A program made the translations under genes and the position numbers. The notes beneath the pieces were generated by a model. It did no database searches, was not told the DNA's origin, and worked only from the letters and a program-made list of their open reading frames with translations. Of a stretch of DNA of 64,000 nt, positions 57,937 to 64,000 are shown piece by piece (the first letter of the stretch is position 1; each line of letters begins with the position of its first letter). The stretch is from an uncultured virus (IMG/VR IMGVR_UViG_3300016466_000860) (taxonomy: Duplodnaviria > Heunggongvirae > Uroviricota > Caudoviricetes): the IMG/VR virus record IMGVR_UViG_3300016466_000860; one strand, given 5' to 3'.

Positions 57937-58808
57937 TGATCAACGTTTTCCAAACGCAACCGCGGTGGATCGCTGAGGACAAAAGGACTCAGCGTCCCAC
58001 GGTGATTCCAAGCCCGGACAAGCCCGGGGGACCAAGCTTCAGTTACAATATTTCATCCAAGTTCATGTATGATCGGCATCGAGTCATGCTGCCACCCGAC
58101 ATGATTTCTGGTAAATCTATACTTGATATCGGAAGCCAATTGGGGTCCACCGGTGCCTGGTGTTTGGCCAATGGTGCCAGCGATTATACTGGTCTTGAGC
58201 CGCAATCGGAATATGTGGAACACAGCAATCGATTGTTCCAAGAGTATTTTCCCGACGGTGGATGGAGAAATATATCCAGCACCCTCGAAGAGTTTGAAAC
58301 AGATCAGCAATGGGACATTGTGATAGCGAGCGGAGTGCTTTATGCTTGCCTTGATCCTTTTGAGTTTGTGAAGCGAGTGTGTAAATGGAGTCGTGGTGTT
58401 GTGATCTTCGATACCGTTCATCCATTCAATGGATATCGCCGACTATTTCCCGAGGCTAGCGACGAGGATAGATATCGTGCCAGTGGTATCCTTAGCATAA
58501 TACAGCCCACCGAACGCATTAGGCATGGCATGGCTTCTTTGGGGTTTTCGGTCAGGATAGCTGGTAGTATGGTGAGTCCGGTAGCATTGCATCTACTAAT
58601 GAAAAATTGTGGGTTCTCTCACGACCCCGATCTTTATCTGCAGGCCGAGAAAGAAATGCCCGAATACTACGATGTTCGTAAACTCAATCGCTATATGGCT
58701 CGTTATGTTGTTGATGATGTAAGAGCAAATTTGTTTAAATATGCCATAGAGGACCCACAATCATTTGAGACAGCTAGATTATGGAATGGCAATTCAACTC
58801 ACAAATAG
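57937..58808 (+). CDS. Class I SAM methyltransferase (CmoB/DUF1698-like motif I)
   Basis: GKSILDIGS..G...GA..YTGLEP; WDIVIASGVLY; start uncertain. Confidence 0.7.
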
Positions 58809-59410
58809 CCGATATATTTTCGACTCATGCCCGGCAGCACATACCCAATTACGATCACGTACTAGATCTCGCGATAGATCTTTGCCAGCAAAAATCAAAC
58901 GTCGATGCTCCTATACTCGAGGTAGGATGTGCAGTGGGAGAAACAGTGATTCGACTGCACAATGCCGGATTTACTGACATCCATGCTGTAGACAACAGCC
59001 AGAGTATGTTGGATCGTTGTCCACCGGATATGGCCACGTACTACCTTTCAGACAAGTTTCCCGATGTCAACATTGAATTCGATGCTGTGCTCTGCAACTG
59101 GACCATGCATTTTATTGAAAATAAAAATCCTTATCTCTGGGAAATCTATCAACATCTGCGTCCCAATGGTTTCTTTTTTTTAACAGAAAAAACCGCTAAT
59201 TCAGGTTTGGCTCTAGACCAGTATCATCTCTACAAATCCCGCCATGGCGTATCCGACGAAGAGATACATAGAAAAGCTGCCAGTCTCCGCGGAGTTATGT
59301 TCCCCGAGACCATTGAATGGTATCTACAATCCTTGAAAGGGCTGGGATTCCGTGAAGTATGCGTAGCCAATGCCAATTGGTGTTTTACCACTTTTGTTGC
59401 TGTAAAATGA
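58781..59410 (+). CDS. CmoA-like SAM-dependent methyltransferase
   Basis: WQFNSQIADIF......IPNY, EVGCAVG, VDNSQSML, NWTMHF, LTEK. Confidence 0.75.
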   Translation: MEWQFNSQIADIFSTHARQHIPNYDHVLDLAIDLCQQKSNVDAPILEVGCAVGETVIRLHNAGFTDIHAVDNSQSMLDRCPPDMATYYLSDKFPDVNIEFDAVLCNWTMHFIENKNPYLWEIYQHLRPNGFFFLTEKTANSGLALDQYHLYKSRHGVSDEEIHRKAASLRGVMFPETIEWYLQSLKGLGFREVCVANANWCFTTFVAVK

Positions 59411-59433
59411 AAAATAAATTATAATATATTCAC

Positions 59434-59510
59434 GGGCCGTTAGCTTAGTGTCCCAAAGCAGCGTTCTCATAAAGCGTTGATCCTGGGTTAGAATCCCAGA
59501 CGGCCCACCA
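59434..59510 (+). tRNA. tRNA with CAU anticodon (probably Ile2, else Met)
   Basis: GGGCCGT/ACGGCCC acceptor, encoded CCA, loop CTCATAA, C4:G69/C5:G68; atypical T-loop TTAGAAT. Confidence 0.85.
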
Positions 59511-59518
59511 TTACAACC

Positions 59519-59758
59519 ATGACAGACTCTCGCATCATATGGATAGACACAGCCAACGGACCGCTTTGGTTGGCCGCCCGGCTGCTTTATCCCGAGGACG
59601 AAAGCCATCATGGCTATGCTGTGGGTCTGTCAGAAAAAGACATAGATCCCATACAAGCCTGGTGTGAAGAACACGACTGTGGCCGGCGTATGAGTTTCGA
59701 TATGTTCCGTTTTCGCAATCAGCGAGAAAAAACCATGTTCCTGATGGTGTGGGGATAG
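59519..59758 (+). CDS. Small phage protein (WC...F.L.W family)
   Basis: QAWCEE...FRFRN..EKTMFLMVWG. Confidence 0.6.
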   Translation: MTDSRIIWIDTANGPLWLAARLLYPEDESHHGYAVGLSEKDIDPIQAWCEEHDCGRRMSFDMFRFRNQREKTMFLMVWG

Positions 59759-60099
59759 TTGAAACAGTGCAAGATAAACACAAACAACTCATTGAGCATC
59801 TCAAAGGGCATCGCCGGCTAGTAATCAACCAGTGTTTTGGCGGGTTCGGCCTCAGTGACTTGGCCTGGCAAAGGTACTGTGGTCTAGTGGGTTGGGATCA
59901 CACCGACGAAAGCCTACACGATCGTATGATTGCCAGAGACGATCCCTATCTGGTCAAAGTGGTCGAAGAATTAGGGCCTCGGGCCAATGGTGATTTTGCC
60001 GAACTCAAAATTGTGGATATACCCGCAGATGTAGAGTGGCAGATCGCAGAGTATGACGGTAACGAGTGGATAGCTGAAAAGCACCGAACTTGGAAATAA
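59749..60099 (+). CDS. Conserved phage hypothetical protein
   Basis: VINQCFGGFGLS, RDDPYLVKVVEELG, EYDGNEWIAE. Confidence 0.8.
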   Translation: MGIVETVQDKHKQLIEHLKGHRRLVINQCFGGFGLSDLAWQRYCGLVGWDHTDESLHDRMIARDDPYLVKVVEELGPRANGDFAELKIVDIPADVEWQIAEYDGNEWIAEKHRTWK

Positions 60100-60145
60100 A
60101 CCGTTTTTCTTGCTCTATAATCTGTAAATAAGGTATAATACTATT

Positions 60146-61003
60146 ATGGCACAACATTCAAATTATTGGAGTTGCTCGCAGTTTGCTGATTGGCTGCGCG
60201 GCACGAAAAAACTCAAAATGGGCACCGGCGACGAGTGGGATCTCTGGCGCAAGACAGCTCAAGCCAACCATCGTTTCCGCTATTGGCTGGCCGAAGAGGG
60301 ACTCGACTACATCCAAGATTTCGTCACTTGGCCCACAAGGAAGCTCTATGATATCAAATACTATGTCAACAATCGTTGGGTCACTCGCACCCATAGCCTT
60401 ACTGCTCATCCTCGTGACATCCAACCTGGAAAATGGTGCGACGTAGGTAATCGATTCCTTCCTTGCCTTTTCAACGAGCTTGTAGATTTCGTTGAAGTAG
60501 AATTGGCCTGGTGGAACATTGCCTGGGACCCAGAGGCTCGCAAAAAGTACAAATCACCGTTCTGGGCCTCGGGTTGGTTTCGCTGGAGAACTTGGCGTTG
60601 TGCCGAGTCCGGCCTTGACAATCTAAAGTGGCAAATGAACATCCGGGCCGATGAAAGTTACGGTCTCCAAGAAGGTGATAAAGGATGGAACGAACCTACT
60701 CGTCAAGCCATCAACGCTCGAGAGATTTTTGAACTTTATACTTGGTGGACCACTGTTTACCGCAATCGTCCCGATGCCATGGACGCCAGCGGGTGGGCGG
60801 CCTACTGCGAAAAGAAACGACAGTTGCGCGACGAAAATGATGATCCCATTTCATTCTTCAGTGATCGCGGAGAAACCAAGGAGTTGCGACGAGAGCGCGA
60901 CCGAACTCTCAAACTCATGAACAAGATCGAAAAACAATACAACGACGAAGATGAAGCAATGATGATCCGATTGATCAAGATAAGGGATAGTTTATGGACT
61001 TGA
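60146..61003 (+). CDS. Hypothetical phage protein
   Basis: Trp-rich; ends MIRLIKIRDSLWT. Confidence 0.8.
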   Translation: MAQHSNYWSCSQFADWLRGTKKLKMGTGDEWDLWRKTAQANHRFRYWLAEEGLDYIQDFVTWPTRKLYDIKYYVNNRWVTRTHSLTAHPRDIQPGKWCDVGNRFLPCLFNELVDFVEVELAWWNIAWDPEARKKYKSPFWASGWFRWRTWRCAESGLDNLKWQMNIRADESYGLQEGDKGWNEPTRQAINAREIFELYTWWTTVYRNRPDAMDASGWAAYCEKKRQLRDENDDPISFFSDRGETKELRRERDRTLKLMNKIEKQYNDEDEAMMIRLIKIRDSLWT

Positions 61004-61350
61004 AAGCTCAACAACCAGCTGAAGGTGTGAGTTGTACCGGGATCTGGGATGATGCCAGAAGTTTCCGTATTGGCTGCGACTGCACCGATCCCAATCACGA
61101 TGTCAACATGTGGATCGAAGTCAAACATGATTCCGAAGTCAATGAAGTGGAAGTGGGGTTTTACGTGGAAGGCTCTAGTCCGCATTGGAGCCCGGGGTGG
61201 AACCGTATCCGGGCCGCTTGGCAGATCTTGACCCAGGGATATCATCGCAGTGAGCATCACCTATTGTTGAAGCCACAGGCCGCGATGAACATGGCCGAAG
61301 CCATCAAACATCATGTCAAACTGCTGTCTCAACGAGATTCTGTTAAATAA
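60994..61350 (+). CDS. Hypothetical protein
   Basis: CDC...H motif. Confidence 0.7.
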   Translation: MDLKAQQPAEGVSCTGIWDDARSFRIGCDCTDPNHDVNMWIEVKHDSEVNEVEVGFYVEGSSPHWSPGWNRIRAAWQILTQGYHRSEHHLLLKPQAAMNMAEAIKHHVKLLSQRDSVK

Positions 61351-61369
61351 CTCTGTATAGGACACAATC

Positions 61370-61693
61370 ATGACCCTACTTGAAATTATCGGACTGGCTT
61401 GGCTCGTTATGTTGACTTGGAGTTTTATTTCTGCCATACAGCAGGCCAAAAACGAAATCAGGGCCGAACACCAAAAAGACACCGAGAAAGAAGTCAACAA
61501 AGCTATCCGAGAAGTCTACATAGATGCCGTAGAAACCAACGGAAATCGTTTTTTCTTGGTCTATGACTCCAAAACACACGATTACATCGCCCAAGGCAAA
61601 ACACAAGAAGAAGTGCAAAACAATATCAAGACTCGTTTTCCCGATGTGGTGTTTATAATCAACAGCGAAAATCTGCAAAAAATCAGCGGTTGA
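61370..61693 (+). CDS. Membrane-anchored hypothetical protein
   Basis: N-terminal TM; FLVYD.....YIAQG. Confidence 0.7.
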   Translation: MTLLEIIGLAWLVMLTWSFISAIQQAKNEIRAEHQKDTEKEVNKAIREVYIDAVETNGNRFFLVYDSKTHDYIAQGKTQEEVQNNIKTRFPDVVFIINSENLQKISG

Positions 61694-61718
61694 CCACAAA
61701 TCTTTGATCTGCTATACT
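61690..61718 (+). promoter_or_regulatory. Early promoter
   Basis: TTGACC-17nt-TATACT. Confidence 0.7.
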
Positions 61719-61724
61719 AGCAGT

Positions 61725-61967
61725 ATGAGAGATCTTATTAAGACCTTTGAGCGAACCACGGTCACCATTGGCCCGGGCGATCCCAGTTTTCGCTTGCACG
61801 ACGGCTTCATCTCAGCGAATCGCGCAGGCTTCATTATTTCCAAAGACTGCCCGAAAGAATATGCCGAGGCCATTGTGCGGGCCATCCATTGTGGTTGGCT
61901 AGAACCTACAGCCACAGTACCTAAAAACGACCCAACACTGATCTGGGATACACTAAAATCAACATGA
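61725..61967 (+). CDS. Hypothetical protein
   Basis: Near-leaderless ATG after promoter. Confidence 0.65.
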   Translation: MRDLIKTFERTTVTIGPGDPSFRLHDGFISANRAGFIISKDCPKEYAEAIVRAIHCGWLEPTATVPKNDPTLIWDTLKST

Positions 61968-62212
61968 CTTTACCCGACGAACGATACCGTGCTATCCGCC
62001 AGGCCCGCCAGTTTCTGATCGATCTGTGTGATCGTACCGTGACCCCAAAGGTGCCCAGGGCTATACGCGGCGAAGCCTATCGCCTGTTACGACATTATCC
62101 TTCGGACTATGATCTGGACCGGTTGAGTGAAAAAGCACCTGATGTTATAATCAAAGAAATGGAACCGGTTTATCGTATGATTCGACAATACGAAGAGGAG
62201 ACAAAGCGATGA
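61964..62212 (+). CDS. BPSL0761-like protein
   Basis: MTLPDERYRAI...FL..L...P.VP..IR..A..LLRHYP. Confidence 0.7.
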   Translation: MTLPDERYRAIRQARQFLIDLCDRTVTPKVPRAIRGEAYRLLRHYPSDYDLDRLSEKAPDVIIKEMEPVYRMIRQYEEETKR

Positions 62213-62622
62213 CCATGCATCTCGAAGGCCCTTGGATGACCACTACAAAGTACAGCAAGAAAGCCCACAAGAAATGGGCCAGTAGCGCGGCCAAGCAAAA
62301 GGCTGCTCGCGAGGCACAGGAGTGGGAAGATCTGCAAAGGTCCTGGGATCAGCTGGCTCCGAGATTCTCCACTCGTAAACTACCAGCGGAGAAAATGCCC
62401 GCAGGTGCATTCCGGCCATTGCAGAGTGGACCAAAGTATCCTCCCGGTCGTGAACCACAAAACATACCCAGCAGAGATTCGGGCATGGGAGTGGCAACAG
62501 CGCCAGCGACCAAGGTCTATACCGGTACCAAAATCAAAGGCATTGGTACCATGCACAAATCAAATGCAGTACCAATTTTTTCTGACGAAGAAGCGCAGGA
62601 CATCGCGCATATGAGGAGATAA
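62209..62622 (+). CDS. Conserved T4-like phage hypothetical protein
   Basis: YTGTKIKGIGTMHKSNAVPIF...A.DIA.MRR. Confidence 0.75.
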   Translation: MTMHLEGPWMTTTKYSKKAHKKWASSAAKQKAAREAQEWEDLQRSWDQLAPRFSTRKLPAEKMPAGAFRPLQSGPKYPPGREPQNIPSRDSGMGVATAPATKVYTGTKIKGIGTMHKSNAVPIFSDEEAQDIAHMRR

Positions 62623-62624
62623 CT

Positions 62625-62879
62625 GTGAACTCTTTTGTTTTTGTTTTGGTGTTGACCGGTACCATGGAATTTACTGGGCCAGAAAATGACATCGATGTCT
62701 TCCAGAGTTTTGAACAATGCCGGCAGGCCAGTGCCAAGGTCAACCAGACCATGATGGGCACCGGACAGATAGCCACTTGTTTTCCGCGTCAACTCAACAA
62801 AGAAAGCGTGGCCTTTGCTCAAGAAATGCTAGAAAAAATCCAGCGAGCTGAATCAACATCACACATCGGGAGACAATGA
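62625..62879 (+). CDS. Small exported protein
   Basis: Hydrophobic N-terminus; F.SFEQC...ATC. Confidence 0.6.
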   Translation: MNSFVFVLVLTGTMEFTGPENDIDVFQSFEQCRQASAKVNQTMMGTGQIATCFPRQLNKESVAFAQEMLEKIQRAESTSHIGRQ

Positions 62880-63139
62880 TGATAGCAAGTATTTCATATG
62901 CATTGGTGTTGTTTGTGCATCCCAGTCCAGAGCCCAGGATCTTTGCTACATTCCCTACCGCGGAAGCTTGCCGCAAAGAACGAGTAGTAATATCCCAGGA
63001 TCTAGTAGGATCCAATATCACCGCCACGTGCGTGCCACAGGAGCGCATCAACCTCTCAGACATTGAGACTCAGATGCAGGCCATTATGGGCACCATGCGC
63101 GGTCTGCAACAACGAATAGAATCTGAAGGAAAATTTTAA
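62876..63139 (+). CDS. Small exported protein (paralog-like)
   Basis: FPTAEAC...ATCVP. Confidence 0.6.
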   Translation: MMIASISYALVLFVHPSPEPRIFATFPTAEACRKERVVISQDLVGSNITATCVPQERINLSDIETQMQAIMGTMRGLQQRIESEGKF

Positions 63140-63148
63140 AGGACTGTC

Positions 63149-63361
63149 ATGAAAGCCAAAGAGATCGGAGAAAAAATACAAGGTGGTTTCGATTGGGTGT
63201 GTGATATGTTGGAGCCCATAGAGAATCGTTGGTTGGTATTTGGCATCGCGGTATTTGCGATGTTGATCACCAAGGCCGCGGGTGCCCAAGGGCTCAGTCA
63301 TCTCATTGGTCTGATCTACATCATGTTTTGGATAACTAAAAATCAAATAAGGAAAGAATGA
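63149..63361 (+). CDS. Small membrane protein
   Basis: Two TM helices. Confidence 0.6.
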   Translation: MKAKEIGEKIQGGFDWVCDMLEPIENRWLVFGIAVFAMLITKAAGAQGLSHLIGLIYIMFWITKNQIRKE

Positions 63362-64000
63362 AGCTTTATCAAACCAGTGACTTGCATCTTGAATTCGGTG
63401 ACATCACGATTGAAAATCGTGATGACGTCGATGTTCTTGTGCTGGGCGGAGATATCTGTACTGCACATCACATCGATAAACAGTCTGACCGAGGAGAACG
63501 CTATCGCGCTTTCTTCCAGCGAGTGAGCCGGGACTTTCCCAATGTCATTTATGTCATGGGCAATCATGAGCACTATAGCGGAGACTTTGCCAAGAGCCAA
63601 GGCCAGCTCCAGCTCATGTTTGACCACTTGGGACTAAACAATGTGCATCTGCTGGAAAAAAGCACAGTAGATATCGGTGGCTACACTTTCATCGGTGGCA
63701 CCCTTTGGACTGACCTCAATCGTGGAGATCCCATCACTGTGCATTCTGTGGAAACGATGATGAACGATTATCGTGCGTGCAGAAACACCAATGACAAAAA
63801 TGTATGGAAACTGTTGCCTCGACACACCGCAGAAGATCATCGGGTCATGAAACAGTACATCAAATTCGTGATCGAAGACCGCCATGCACGAGGTATCAAC
63901 GACAAAAAAGTGGTGGTGGTCACTCATCACAGTCCCAGTCATGCCAGCATCCACGAGATGTATCGTGGTGACATGATCATGAACGGTGCATTCCACAGCG
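63358..64000 (+). CDS. Metallophosphoesterase (runs off window; not in ORF track)
   Basis: SDLHLEF, LGGDI, MGNHEHY, GTLWTD, VVTHHSP. Confidence 0.9.
   Translation, partial: MKLYQTSDLHLEFGDITIENRDDVDVLVLGGDICTAHHIDKQSDRGERYRAFFQRVSRDFPNVIYVMGNHEHYSGDFAKSQGQLQLMFDHLGLNNVHLLEKSTVDIGGYTFIGGTLWTDLNRGDPITVHSVETMMNDYRACRNTNDKNVWKLLPRHTAEDHRVMKQYIKFVIEDRHARGINDKKVVVVTHHSPSHASIHEMYRGDMIMNGAFHS

Noticed and set aside
57960..58040. Hairpins and CTGAGGA resembling a hammerhead core
   Set aside because: No appropriately placed GAAA or stem arrangement; lies in the methyltransferase reading frame
1..64000. Stop-codon reassignment, DGR/retron, integrase or transposase
   Set aside because: Genes are intact and tightly packed under the standard code; no RT, recombinase or transposase motifs seen

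Overview
The window is a gene-dense stretch, almost entirely on the + strand, that looks like a large T4-superfamily-like (jumbo/huge) dsDNA phage read with the standard code. Evidence: many short ORFans, an ATP-dependent DNA ligase, and two promoter classes (sigma70-like TTGAC-N17/18-TAnnnT, and T4-late-like (N)TAAATA). It has no capsid, terminase or polymerase genes. Host-like accessory genes include bS21, Hsp20, ClpS, two ClpP, a fatty acid desaturase, UDP-glucose dehydrogenase, an amidinotransferase, UvsE, SpeD, TctA/TctC, DctP and BI-1/YccA. RNA genes are a circularly permuted (two-piece) tmRNA and a tRNA with a CAU anticodon; the gene set suggests a proteobacterial host (inference). The most unusual observation is a 97-nt structured intergenic element (12474-12570) that is a mosaic of universally conserved rRNA motifs: the 16S 530 loop, 23S H69-H71 and possibly the anti-SD. 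It is a candidate ribosome-mimic or anti-rRNA RNA. Also notable: a LuxR-headed module of spore-coat-like genes (0.4-5.4 kb), a late block of putative head-packaged effectors with shared N-termini and GVAE junction repeats, and a repeated GTAAG-N6-CTAAC site upstream of early promoters. All family calls come from motif recognition by eye; no searches were run.
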